From positions 77,626,001 to 77,690,000 of the forward strand of contig NC_058368.1 in assembly GCF_018350175.1 (NCBI RefSeq): a DNA stretch of 64,000 nucleotides, read 5' to 3'. The notes beneath the pieces are model-generated. The model had not been told where the DNA came from. It did not search any database and worked only from the letters and a program-made list of their open reading frames with translations. Numbering within the stretch: the stretch's first letter is position 1; each line of letters starts with the position of its first letter. Position numbers and translations under genes: made by a program. This stretch comes from Felis catus. Lineage: Eukaryota. Positions 37,941-50,979 of this stretch are shown here, in pieces.

Positions 37941-38809
37941 GAGATGATGTACTGACTCTGAACTACATCAGTTCTGTTCACATCCAAGATGTGGATACAG
38001 GAATGCCTGCTTGGGAAGGCAGCAACATACTGACGTGTTTGTTTTCACTATGGACTTAATAGGGAAAACCCAATCTGAAACTCGTGACGTAGTTATTTGA
38101 GAGTGGATTCCACAACCAGGAGAATTCAGAACAGGAAGCAAAGATAAAAGGGAACAGATAATTTGAAGCAAAAGTTCCTACATCTAGGAAGTCCAAAACA
38201 TCGTCAGTGATGCAATGAGCCAGAATCAGGAAAGGGAGCTGTGTGTCCAGTATGTTCTGCAAGCCTAGCTGTCGCCCCCCATAGTTATGGAGTATTCCAC
38301 CTCCAGTGATGGGGGAAACCCATGCTCCAAACGAGAAGCCTCTTTGTCAAACAGCAAATATTATTTCAAAAAGAGGAGAACAACTTGAAGAAAATGCATT
38401 TTTCTTTATTTTCCTCTTAAATGACGGACGGGGAAAACACAAGAGAGAGAAAATGTGCAAATAAATCCTGCATCAGGCTTTCCTGGTATACTCACCAGTT
38501 GCTTTTGCCTGCAAATTCTATAATATTTTCACATTAAGTATTTTCAGCTCATGTAAAAAGTAAAATAAATTTTGGAGCCCTAATAACACTTCTAGCATTG
38601 AAATTGCTCTAGAAAGGCAGTAATTTATTATTGTGAATTTAGTTAAGACATACGGATAATTCTGTAGATCTGCCAAAAGCTTTAGAATAATTCCATATGC
38701 TGAATACAAATCTTCCAATTATTTATTTGCAAGATGTTTTTACTACAAAGCAAGACTGTATTATAGGCTCAGGATGATTTAAGTAATCCTCAGAAAATAA
38801 TTCTTTTTA

Positions 38810-39240
38810 CTTTTAGAATGTCCCTCACTTTGGGTTTGTCTAATGTTTCGTCCAGATTCAATCCAGAGTTTGCCTTTTTGGGCCACAATAGTGGTGGTGT
38901 TGTGCCATACTCTTTACGTCCTATCAGGGAATTGTGGTGTTGACACATCTCATTACCGGTGATGTTTGCTGCATTTCCTTGGTTCACGTGAGTCTGCCAG
39001 CCTTCTCCACTGTAAAGTTGTTATTTTCCTCCTTTGTCATTAATAAATATCTTATGAAAAGGTATTTTGAGAAAAGTATAGGGTCTTCTTCTTCATCATA
39101 CTGTAGGCTACTAGATTTGGCAACCCTTGATGGCAATTGTCTGAAATAACTATTCCTGGGATATTTGCTCAATGGTGCTGTTTCAATCATACCTTTTGTA
39201 CGTACTAGGTACAGCTCTACTATAGTGAAGACATAGCTTT
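38810..39240 (-). mobile_element. L1MC-type 3' fragment
   Basis: tagaatgtccctcactttgggtttgtctaatgttt...ttctccactgtaaagtt...attaataaatatctt. Confidence 0.75.
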
Positions 39241-40209
39241 TAATACCCTTAATGATCCCTCACGGGGCGGGGCTGGGGATACTGGCATGTCGATTCCCAA
39301 AAGCAGTAGCCAAGCGTAAAACTTCTGCCCCTATTACAAAGCATGAGACCGGTGCACATAACAAAAGAGGTTGGTGAGACGGGTGGAGGAGGACAAGAAA
39401 GGGAAGAAGAAGAAGAGAAAGAGGAGTCAGAAAGAAAGCAACAGCACCACTTGGAAAATGGACACATTCCAATTTCCTAGCCAAGCGTCCTGGCCAATTT
39501 CAAACGACCACCGGAGACACCCAGGGAGTTATCGTTTACTCCTTGGCCACAGCTGACAACCCTGGTTTATGACTGCTCCTCTGAGACAACCTATCCATCG
39601 CCTTTCTTTCAACAGCTTGTGATCCCATCTTAATACTAAATACTAGCACAGATTATATCCTCTCCATCTTGCACTCCAAACAAAAGAAAACTCTTCCTTT
39701 AAAGGGAAACGAAGATTTGAAATCACCCGTGCCTTTCCACTGCATTGAGACACCCCCACAGGCGTATGCTGCTGGGTTGGGTCTTGACCCATCCCCCACC
39801 CCCACTCAATAAGCAACAGACAGATCTCTCTTGTCTGACAGATGCTTGTCCTTGCAGATGAAAATGGCTAACACGCCCAGTACAAACAACAGGTAACCTG
39901 TACTCACGGTATTTCATTTAAATCTCCCAACCACAGGATGAGGTAGGCACATAAAGACAAAGACGACGAGGCAAAGCTGTTTCAGTGAACCACATCAGGT
40001 GTCCTAGGTGGTAAGAGTCAAAGCAGCCAGCTTCCAGAACTCACCACCTGCCAAGGAGAATGCCCACCGGGGGGTGAGGGGGGAAGCACTCCCTGCAGCC
40101 TTTCAAGTATCGTCATCAATTATTTAAGGTCTCTCTTCCACCTAACCAGAAGAGTAAAAATATCCTAAAAGCACTAAAAAGAGCCTTCTCCCATCTTTCA
40201 CTCATAAGA

Positions 40210-40420
40210 ATGATACCTAACAGTTTATCGAGCATTTTTCGATAATGGGCTCTGTGCCTGCACCGAATACTCACCCGCCCCAATTAAGGGACATACTGAG
40301 ATGATCTCCACTTTGCAAATAGGCTGTGGCTTAAAGCGCTAAGATAATTTCCCCAAAGTAATTGAAATATTTCGTGGTCAAGCCAGTACTTGAGGCCAGG
40401 TTACCTTCTTCCAAAATCTG
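40210..40420 (-). mobile_element. MIR
   Basis: taacagtttatcgagca...ccactttgcaaataggctgtggctta...aagataatttccccaaagt. Confidence 0.6.
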
Positions 40421-41922
40421 TTTGTAATCATTTTGTTAGACTGACGAAGAAGCATTTTCGCTAAAGATTTATCAGGTATGAAGGATTAAGAAGCTGGAGA
40501 GGGACACATTCAATCTTCACTGACTCTAGGACCAGAGTCAGATTGCCTCCGTAACCATGATGTAAACACAAACACACAAACACACCGTTGCCCCCAGAAG
40601 CTCACCGTAAACTTCTGTTTGTTTTCCTGGGGCTCTACCAACCTTCTGCAAATGAGTTTATGCCACATAATTTCTCGAATTATTTCTAAAGAACACCAAA
40701 TCATCAGCTGAACAGAATCATTTATATCTGCCAGTATTCATTTAGATTTCAAGAAATAGTGCTTCTAAAAGAATTATCTCACTGCTTCAGATTTCAATTT
40801 TTTCTAATGCAATCTTCTGTGATCAGATACCATCCGGTAGGAGACACATCCCAAGCAAACTGGCAGAGTTGGCTCCTGGAGAACTTTCCAAAAGGACTGC
40901 AGGTTGTTTAGTCTGTCTGGACAAGCTGCCTCGTCCACACGCAGGCAGTTCTGACATACCGCGTGCTTGCAGATTGCTTTTGCACACGATTAATGGAACA
41001 GTATTTTAATTTAAGTGATTATTGATGACCATATCAAGGCCAATTTATCACCTCATCCCAGTTAAAAAAAATAATTAGATTATGTAAAGTAACTGATGTC
41101 ATTGTTGGAGAGAAGCATTTAGCATTTCATATTTTCCTTAGACATGTGCCATTGATAACAGGGCCATCTTTCTATTCAAGCCCTAGTGATCTCAACTTCT
41201 GTGATTTCTGTGAAAGGTCACTTGATTTTTCAGAACTTCTTCAGGGATTTTTAAGATTTCCCATGCAGTGAGTTGCTGGCATGTCACTAAAATGTTCATT
41301 TGTAAGTGTTTTGGCATTCCACAGGAAGAAATGAGACTTTGCTGGGTCAACAGCTTTCTATTCCTTAGTATCTCCCCTATTAACGGGACACACAAAATAT
41401 ACATCTTTTCACTTGTCAGTTGCGAAGTTCCTCTATCTTCCTATTGGGTGAGAAAGGAGTATCTGTGTTAGAACCTTGCTCTGTTAGGCAAATCAAACCT
41501 TCTCCAGCAAATAAAAGTTGTAGTTTGCTCCTAATCTGTCCCTACTGGAATCATTACGAAAGTTGGTGGGAACAAAGTCCCAACTAGCAGTCAAGAGTAT
41601 ACTTTGAAACACGAATGCTTTCTACCAAAGGCAGAAAACTTGGAGCTACACTGGTTGAAGCAATACGCATGTCTACAAATCAAGGGTGGGCACACCCATA
41701 GATACATTCTTCCTGTTGGTTAGTAATTCACCACAGATGCGGTGCATTTTTAAAGAGAAAAATGTCTTCAGTGAATCTGACTTAAAATATTATAAAACCA
41801 GTTGTAAAAGAACATAAAGAACATATATTTATATACAAAGTAAAGAGAATGACTAAGTTAGGTATATATTATTAGGAAAAGTTTGACCTCCTTACTCACT
41901 CTGATTTTATTTATTTATTATT

Positions 41923-42139
41923 AAAAAAAAATTTTTAATACTTATTCATTTTGGAGAGACAGAGAGACACAAAGCGTGAGTTGGGGAGGGGCAGAGAGAG
42001 AGGGAGACACAATCCAAAGCAGGCTCCAGGCTCCGAGCTGTCAGCACAGAGCCTGACACGGGGCTCAGACCCATGAACCATGAGATCATGACCTGAGCTG
42101 AAGTAGGACACTTAACTGACCGAGCCACCCAGGCTCCCC
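41923..42139 (-). mobile_element. CAN-SINE
   Basis: TSD tttatttattatt. Confidence 0.95.
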
Positions 42140-44419
42140 TTTATTTATTATTTTTTAAAAGAACGTCTCAAATTATCTCTGTACCAGAGACCATTAGACA
42201 TTTTCCCACTCAATCTCTTGCTCAATCCTGTCAACCACACAGCCTTCTCTTCCTCCCGGAAGAGGCGTGTTATCCCCCCACTCCAGGAAATGGGTGCTCA
42301 CTGCATCTTCTGTATGCGATGCTCTCCAATGGTTCTTTCCATCCCACGCCCCAATTTTACTCCCATAACCCTTCACATTTCAAGATCACTCGCTCAGAAA
42401 AGCCTGCCTTTGCACATCCCACCAGGTGAAAGGCTTCTGTTACATGCTGTTAAAGAATGGGGTTTCTTTTCTCACACACCGCAAGAGGTCAGGGCTTGGA
42501 TCGTCTGTGTTCAATGGCCAGCTCCAAGAGAACAGGAGTTGATAAATAAAGGAATAAATATGGCATGATGGTCTGGAGAGTTGAAGAAACCTACGGACAG
42601 AACAAGCGCTTGAAACATCACTGGGGAGTCACGCGAGATTCACAGGTGATTTTACTACATCTGAAGGTTCATGCTCCTCCATCATTTTTGAAATGCAGAA
42701 GAGTGCCCGGGGTGATTCTTCCCCTCCTATTTTCACAAGTAATCTGTATGTACAGAAAAAAATGAGGACCCTTGTAGAAGGTCAAATCAGATGTGCCTCC
42801 CTTTGAGGGAGGCCAGAGTGTGGCCTCCATAACTGCTTGTGTGTAACCAGGCTCTATCCTGAGAGTGGCAGTGCAGCTTTCGAATTTCTAGATTTTTCCA
42901 ATCAAATAAGCACTATCTTCAGTTCATCAAATTGGTCCCCAAACTGATTTCTCTTCCTTCACCCCACAGCAGCTTGCTTCTTGGAGACACTGGCTCAATA
43001 ATATCATGCTACCTTGAGTCATAAAATAATTCAGATTTCAGACTCCTGATAAAACAGAACAAAGTGCAATACAGTTATTAAAATGGATCAGGGTAAAGGT
43101 TATCAAACTCAGATAACGTATTTCATCTTATATTATATGAAATAACTACCTAGCCCATTATATAAGCTAAACAAGTTAGCCAATTACCTCAATTGCTGTT
43201 ATGCATTCTAAATTTATATGTAGAGAAAGTTAATATGAAAAACTAAAATCGTGTGATGATGGGTGTTAACGGGTAGTTTCATTATTTTTAAAATAAGTAT
43301 GTTGGCATTTCAAATAGATTAAGTATATGCAGATGAGGTTGTTGAAATCATGTTTCTCATTAAAGTAATTATTTTATTCCATTTAATGTCCATGACTCTA
43401 CTATCTGTCCATTGTTTTCAGAACAACCTAGATACTTATGTTTTTTGTTCACCTTTTAATACTTTTCCTACATTTCTTCCAAAATATTTTTTAGCTCCAC
43501 AATGTAAGCAGAACGTTTTAGTTTAAATTTTAAAAAGCACTCTGGTATAATCTGGTAAGATGCGATCATAGTCATTTTCACAGGGGGATTTTATTTTATT
43601 TTTCCAAGAGACACACTACCTGAAGCATAAACACAGACATTTCTTTGAATTTCACTTCTTGAAAGATGAACTTCTTAAGAAACAGAAGGAATATTCAGGG
43701 ACCCAGAGTAGAGTTGTCAGCTTTAGGTAATAACTTCTTAAATAGTACTTCACATCAATCAACTTTGAAGGGGAAGAAATAAGGAAAGAAAGAAAAAAAA
43801 AAAGAGAGAGAGATGAAATTAGCCAAAAAAAAAAAAAAAATAGGAAAAGAGAGATTTGAGAAAAGTTCTCTGATATCTTTGTGTTCTTTAATTAAAAAAT
43901 AATATACATATATAAAGCAAAACCCCCTGCCTTGTGATTTCTCCTGGGCTTCCTCAGGGCTGGAGCGATTAGGCTCAGGAAATGGGGCTTCCTTCTCAGA
44001 TCCAATTATGAACTTCTTTCAAGAGGCCTAACAGGAATTGTTCATAAGCTGGCTGAGAGCTCTGTTCCAGGAATAAAAGTTCTCCCTTAAAAACTATTAA
44101 GAACATGAAAAAAAGAGATAAAGCTATCTCTACAATTCAGTATCCTAAAGGAAAATGTACTTCAATTCAACAAGCATGTATTTGATTTGAAATATTCCAT
44201 TGGGTCTATAGGGCAGACAACCTTACCCAGGGAAAAAGACATTGAGTTATCTAAGGCAGAATGAACTAATTGGCAAAACAGAATTACTGGAGAAGAAACA
44301 GGTGAAATGGGCTGGAAAGATTTCTTAGAAGGGGGGTGCGTGAGCTGATTCCACAAGGAGGTGGGAGGGTAATATTGACAAGAGTGGAATCAAACTCATC
44401 CGTGGCGCCCCTTCTTCTA

Positions 44420-44630
44420 AGACTTTCACATCTATTAGCTCAAGCTGCTCTTTGTAACAGCCCAGTGAAGTCAGGGATGTGATGATCCCATTTTAGAGAT
44501 GAGGGAACTGAAGTTCGGAAATTATGAGTAATTCAGCTGAGATCACACGGCTTCTGGAAGGGACCTAACCAGGATGGGAACTCTAGCAATCTGGACCCAG
44601 AACGTGGGATCTTCCCCAGGATCCATGCTG
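44420..44630 (-). mobile_element. MIR
   Basis: cccattttagagatgagggaactgaagttcgg...gagatcacacgg. Confidence 0.75.
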
Positions 44631-45005
44631 CGCTCTGTACAGGAAGTCAGCAAGCGGGACCTACTGTGTGATGCACATCAAAAGCCATTTCCTGGATCTC
44701 ATTCTTAGCACCTATTATTTGAGAGGTGTATAAGACTTACTGTTTTTTGGTCTGCTCCAGCTCTAAAATTCTGAGGACAGAACATCTCAGAACCAGGAAA
44801 TAGCCCAAGAAAAGGCACTGAGCAGCAAAATAATGGGGAGTGTTACAACAGAGAGTGGCCTAGTGGTATATTGTTAAATTCCGGATTCTCAAATGTGTAA
44901 GCAAAATTTCTGAAAACAACTCAGTGATTTTGAGGAAGTTTTAAGCTAAATATTTCATTGTCAGTGAACTGTTCATGGTGGATTCTTGGTCTCTCTCTCT
45001 CTCTC

Positions 45006-45227
45006 TTTCTTTTTTTTTTTTTAACGTTTATTTATTATTGAGAGACAGAGATAGACAGGGCATGAGCAGGGGAGAGGCAGAGAGAGGAGGAGACACAGAA
45101 TCCGAAGCAGGCTCCAGGCTCCCAGCTGTCAGCACAGAGCCCGACGCGGGGCTCGAACTCACAAACCGTGAGATCATGACCTGAGTCGAAGTCAGACGCT
45201 CAACCGACTGAGCCACCCAGGAGCCCC
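45006..45227 (-). mobile_element. CAN-SINE
   Basis: Complete reverse-complement SINE. Confidence 0.96.
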
Positions 45228-45589
45228 AACTCTCTCTTTTGAACAAACTATGAATAATCTGCCGCCATGTAACATCCTTTGGCTAATAACAAACCTGCAT
45301 CCTTTTCACTATTTAAAGTGAAATTCTCTTTGTAATAAGTCCTTAAGTAAATCATCAGACATTTAAAGACACATTCTGCAGCAGGATTCTTGAGTGCTTA
45401 CTAGAAACCAGGTATGACACTGGGTCCTAATCATATACCCATGCCTTTGAAATGCTTGCAGTATGGATTGTTCAGATCTCTTAAAGAAAATATTATTAAG
45501 TGGCCAAAATGTCTTCCACATATTTATTATGCTTACCTACCAAATATAAATTAACAGGACTGATAGAGCGCCAATTGCTAAAGTAATTG

Positions 45590-46235
45590 AGGAAGAGTGC
45601 AGAGGGCACCTGCAATGCTTCCCTTAAGATTCTGTTTAGAAAATACGATAAAATCATTGTGGGCTGATCGCACTGTGGGGTTGATTTGCCATCGACGGGA
45701 GAACCCTACTCACTAATGTTCATAAACTAAATAATGTCAATTGAGATAAAAGCCCACAGTGGAGGGCACTGTGTTCTTCCCTTCACCCTGTCTTATTCAA
45801 TATTGTTATCAATCACCTAAGACTGTTTACTAGTTTGCAGTATCTCCAAGCTGGTAAGAAACAAGATGATAAAGACAGAATGAAATTTAAAGCGACCAAA
45901 GGTAGGGGGAACCTAGAACCAAAACACCTGGGATAAATTTAATGGGGATAAATGTAACAATCCTAAACTCAAGCTATCAAATACGTGTGGACACTTTGGA
46001 GACAATTAAAACAATCTGATGTACAAAGACCTGGACATTTTAATATACCCCAGTGTTTGATAAAGCTATTAAATAAACATAGAAAATATTGGATGGCTTA
46101 ACTTCCCTACATAAGGGCTGAGATATTGTATTTGAATTTAGGCGTTCAGTTGTGAGTCCTAACATTAAGAGAGACATCAATTTCTACGGAATAACGTTCA
46201 CAGCAGGGCAAATCAAATGGAGAGATCCTGGAATA
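45590..46235 (+). mobile_element. CR1/L3 LINE reverse-transcriptase fossil
   Basis: PVLFNIVINHL (45787-45819), eroded FADDTKLG-like segment (45834-45854) and KFNGDKC (about 45935), in CR1 RT motif order. Confidence 0.7.
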
Positions 46236-47170
46236 TATTTATTCATTCATTTGCCCACACATTCAAGCGTATTTATTGAAAAGCTCTTCCATAGCAGTCA
46301 GGCGATTGGAATGTCACATTGACTAAGACAGCTAATTCAGATACCTAGCACTGGGCATGACAAGGCCAATAGAGATAATGGATGCCGAGGTTCCCGATTA
46401 AACCCAGTTCTGTCTGACTCCAGGGCACACGCTACTTTTTTCTTCATAATGTGCCCTCTTCGTGCTGCCAAGTGAATGCCCCCCCTCCCAATAGCATTTC
46501 TTACCGTCTAGCCCTGGAGTACGTGTGCCTCTCAGTGTGTGAGGCAGTGCAAGCTGATCCCTGACATCCTGTTCATCTACCATCACGGGGCTTCCCGAAC
46601 ACACACATGCGCACACTGTCCCCGGTTCGGACGATGCGTAATTTGGTCACATTGTCAAGCACCACGATGCCACTGCGTTACCGTGCCCAGCACAACTTAA
46701 AATTGACTGTGTGTTGGCTGTAATAGGAGCAAATGCTAAGGACGTACGTGTGATGGAGGCTTGTCCTAACTTTGAAAAGTACCATGATTACTTAGCTATG
46801 TGTTTAATGGACACAGGGGTGACTGTCTTAAGACCATGTTATGCCCCCCCAAATATTTATGCCACTCTGTGTGCAATTCTCACTCCTTGTAATGTCCCCT
46901 TCTTCTGTCTACCAGATAGCCTTTACTGAGGTCCTGTGAGAAGATTAAGCCCTAATGCCCCAAGATAGCCATTGTGTGCAATGAATTCACTTCATTCCTA
47001 TTCATCTAGATGGCAGTAGTTACTTGAATCCTTGGAGGAACTAAAAAAAGGAGTTACTAAAATAACTGTGCTGTGATTCAATGAGGAGCCTCACTTGAGA
47101 AAGTGGACCATCCCAAATTCCTTGTTTGCATGACATTTTCAGCATTTAGATTCTCTGTTGTCACAAAGTT

Positions 47171-47361
47171 CAGTGCTCCTCAATCTTGGCTGCAGGGTAG
47201 AATTCTCTGGAAGCCTTAAAATAATAATGATAATCAGGTTCCCTCCCCCCTCCAATAAAAAAAAAAAATGTCAGACTCTCTGGGCTGGGACCCAAGCATT
47301 TAAGTAGGTGTTAAAAGCTACCCAAGCATATTCCAGAATGCAATCACGGTTGAGAATTACT
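47171..47361. mobile_element. MER5-type hAT-Charlie MITE
   Basis: cagtgctcctcaatcttggctgca...tagaat...ctctgggctgggaccc...ggttgagaattac; terminal inverted repeats. Confidence 0.75.
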
Positions 47362-48022
47362 TCTGTGAATAAAGGCAAGCGTGAGGAAGCCAGCTGTCCA
47401 CTCCACCTTCACCCGTGACCTCTCGATAGGTTGGGCACAGATCCAAAATTCCTTGCCTACGTAAATTCACAACCCTCAACAAGATACTTCAACTTCCTTG
47501 GGGCCTGTATGTTCATGGTCACCTCTGACCCTAAGCTGTCACGGCCTGTGCTATCTATTTTCACTTTTTCTTTGGGATTTCAAAAATTTGCCCCATCAAA
47601 TCATCTCGGATTACGACTGGTTTCATTTACTCTTTTGGACAATGGAAAAGGAATTTATGTTCGCGAAGGCAGAAGTGTTATGACTCCAAATGAGTTGTTC
47701 CTCTCTTACCATATTCTGAGGTTGCCTCTCACAAGGATGCTGTGTTTCCTCCCACTCAGCCCTGAAGCCTATTCCCGATCACTGACCCTTCTCCTCCCCC
47801 CACCCCCACCCCCACCCCCACTCAAGCAGTGATCTTTTCTTCCATCCATCTCAAGGTAATATTTAATGCCTGACCTTACAGAGAAATCAGACTAGCCTCT
47901 TGGCGTTTTGGCCATGACAGGACAACCATTTCCCGCTGTTCTAATTTCACTTTCCGCAGGTATTTTCTCAAACTTCTTTGCTTAAGTTCCGTGGGTATTT
48001 TCTCAAAAAACAGCCTGACCCT

Positions 48023-48262
48023 GGGGTGCCGGGGTGGCTCAGTCGGTTAAGTGTCGGACTCTTGGTTTTGACTCAGGTCATAATCTCATGGGGTATGGGT
48101 CGGTCTGTGGATTCAAGCCCCATGTTAGGCTCTGAGCTGACAGTGCTGAGCCTGCTTGGGATTCTCTACCTCTCTCTCTTCCTTTCCCCTGTTTGTGCAT
48201 GCTCTTTCTCTCTCTCTCTCTCTCCAAAAATAAATAAACTTTCAATGAAACAAAATAAAAAG
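48023..48262 (+). mobile_element. CAN-SINE
   Basis: Head ggggtgccggggtggctcagtcgg; TSD core cctgaccct. Confidence 0.94.
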
Positions 48263-48726
48263 CCAACCTGACCCTAAGAATTCTGGCAGCAGTAGTTACC
48301 ATGATGAAATGCTCATTCTGTTACACCTGCTATGCAAATGAAAACAACTGAATAAATCAATTTTATCATTGCACACTATTAGACACAATTTCTTATTTTA
48401 GAATGCATTATATGTATTATAATAACTTGAGGCTAAAAAAGAGACCCGTTGTTATATAATAAGGACTGATCACTTTCTAAGGTCAGAGGAAGATTAGATT
48501 AAGGTTAGATTAAGATTTCTTCTACAAACAGGATTATCTTAAATTGTCTGAGCCTACATCTTCTTAACTGGTCACAGATCTGGTTTTTATGGTAATTAAT
48601 CCATCCTATCTCAATCTAATCTGCTGCTAGAGTCACAGATTATGGAAGGAAGATTAAGGAGATAATTAGCTGTCTTCTTTCCTGGAAGAACACTTTCCAT
48701 TTCTTCCTTAAAAGATGATCCATTTT

Positions 48727-48858
48727 GGAGGCGCCTGGGTGGCTCAGTCAGTTAAGCATCCGACTTCGGCTCAGGTCACGATCTCAAGGTTCGTGTGTTC
48801 GAGCCCTCCATCGGGCTCTGTGTTGACAGCTTGGAGCCTGGAGCTGGCTTTGGATTCT
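48727..48858 (+). mobile_element. CAN-SINE, 3'-truncated
   Basis: Intact head to ...gctttggattct, then no (CT)n, A tail or TSD. Confidence 0.92.
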
Positions 48859-50112
48859 TACAGTTTCAACAGGATGGTGAATGTAGAGGGCTTAGCAGGG
48901 GGCCCAAAATGTAGAGGGCGTTCAGTACACGTGGTTACCATCGTCAGTCTTTTACAAGAGAGCCGGAGGCACGGATACACAGAGGTGTGACCACACTGCC
49001 CGGTGTACCCTTCCTTCTTCGAGTTCTCATGTCCAAGTCGGCTTCAAAATGGTGACAGTCACCCAGTAAGAGATTTGGGGAAGGACTGGGTGTGTTGACC
49101 AGAGGTTTTCCTTCGAGGGCACCTGCTTTGGTTCCATGATGGGCTCAGTGAGATTTGTGGGGGTAGCTTTGGCAACATATCACCATTTATCACTTGGTCT
49201 CTGTAAGAAATACATAGACTAAATGCCCACGGTGTCGAGAATTCCAGCCCCTCGAGAATAACAAAATTGGCATGTCCTCCTGGGTCTGGCCCTGAAGCAG
49301 ACCACAGAGCTGCTTCATGGGTTTCTGAAAGTCTTCCCCAGCTGTGCAGCTGAGCTGATATTAAAAATAATCTCACCTTAGAGGCTGATTAGGAAAAAAA
49401 AATCAAGAGTCAGGTTAGCCCCAAATGATGTTAGCAGATCCATTTCAGGAGTTTCCTTCATTACATTAATAAATGCACACAGTGGTTTACCTGCTTTCCT
49501 GAGTAACACATCCATCCGGTTCTTAAACGTCTCCTGCATGATTATATAGGGATACAGAGGCTTATCTTCCGTTCACGAAATGATCGCATTTTGCATGAAC
49601 TTGGTGACAAATCGAGCAGTTCCCACGTAGCTGTTAACCCAGCCATTTGCTACCTGAAGAAAATTGCAATGATACTTGAGCTTCTCCTCCGTTCACACTG
49701 GCTGATGGGACCGTGTTCTTAAAGATGAAAAGGAAGGACGTGGAAGGGGTCGCAATCTGATGCCTGAGATGCTGCGGCCTTTGCTGAACAGCCGCATCTT
49801 CACTTTGAGAACGAATGGGGGTGAGGGGAGGGGGAGGGACATCACATAATCAGAATGACTGACAGTGTGAGGAGCCAACGGCTGCTTCCTTTCTGAGAGC
49901 TTTGCTCATGGGGTGCAGGGCTCCATGGTTCCCGAAGACCCTCCTGCGGCCTCCCCCTCCCCAACCCCTGCAAGGCCAAGTTCCTCATGACTATCCTCAC
50001 TGCAGTGTGCTGGTGCAATAGAACTCAGCCGACACCCTGGAGCTGAGGGATTTTTGTCACATACAAACAAAAGTGGGTCAGTGGTTCACCTCGTTAAGAA
50101 GGCCATCTTTCG

Positions 50113-50350
50113 TTTTTATTTTAATTTTTTAAAGTTTTTTTTAACATTTAGTTATTTTTGAGAGGCAGAGAGAGAGACAGAGAACGAGCAGGGGAGGAAC
50201 AGAGAGAGAGAAGGAGACACTGAATCCGAAGCAGGCTCCAGGCTGTGAGCTGTCAGCACAGAGCCTGACGCGGGGCTCGAACTCTCAGACCGTGAGATCA
50301 TGACCTGAGCCTAAGTCAGTTGCTCAACCGACTGAGCCACCCAGATACCC
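50113..50350 (-). mobile_element. CAN-SINE
   Basis: TSD ggccatctttc. Confidence 0.95.
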
Positions 50351-50551
50351 TGAGGGCCATCTTTCTAAAAACACAAGCTGAAAACTTCCTCTTAGAGGGC
50401 AAGAAACACCAACGAGAACAGTAAACAAAGCCAATTTTGACCAACGAACTCGGTGCATGTATTTTATAGTGTCTTCCTAATACGTTTTTAAGCAACTGCT
50501 TAAACATGTTCTCAGCAATAATACTGCAGTTACAATTAACAGCTCAGAAAA

Positions 50552-50778
50552 GGGTTACCTGGAGGGCTCAGTCGGTTAAGCGACTGATTTCTGCCCAGGT
50601 CATGATCTCGCTGTTCATGAGTTCAAGCCCCGCGTCGGGCTCTGTGCTGACAGCTGGGAGCCTGGAGCCTGCTTCACATTCTGTGTCTGTCTCCCTCTCT
50701 CTCTGCCCCTCCCCTGTTCATGCTCTCTCCCTGTGTCTGTCTCTCTCTCTCTCAAAAATAAATAAACATTAAAAAAAT
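50552..50778 (+). mobile_element. CAN-SINE
   Basis: TSD aacagctcagaa/aatagctcagaa. Confidence 0.95.
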
Positions 50779-50848
50779 AGCTCAGAACGTAATCCACATA
50801 GAAAATTTGCTTTGTTGAAAAACATGTAAGAAGACAATTGCTATATGC

Positions 50849-50945
50849 AAATGATGAATCACTGAATTCTACCCCTGAAACTAATACTACACTGTATGTT
50901 AACTAACTTGAATTTAAGCGAAATCTTAAAGAAAAAAAAAAAAAA
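50849..50945 (+). mobile_element. Carnivore L1 extreme 3' end with poly(A)
   Basis: gatgaatcactgaattctacccctgaaactaatactacactgtatgttaactaac...A-run. Confidence 0.85.
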
Positions 50946-50979
50946 CAACCTCAAACCTAGAGAATTTTTAAAAAAAGAG

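Noticed and set aside
39255..39560. GC box (GGGGCGGGGC) and mild CpG enrichment as a CpG-island promoter
   Set aside because: Too short and CpG-sparse for an island; the same applies to about 36590-36780 and 46380-46760
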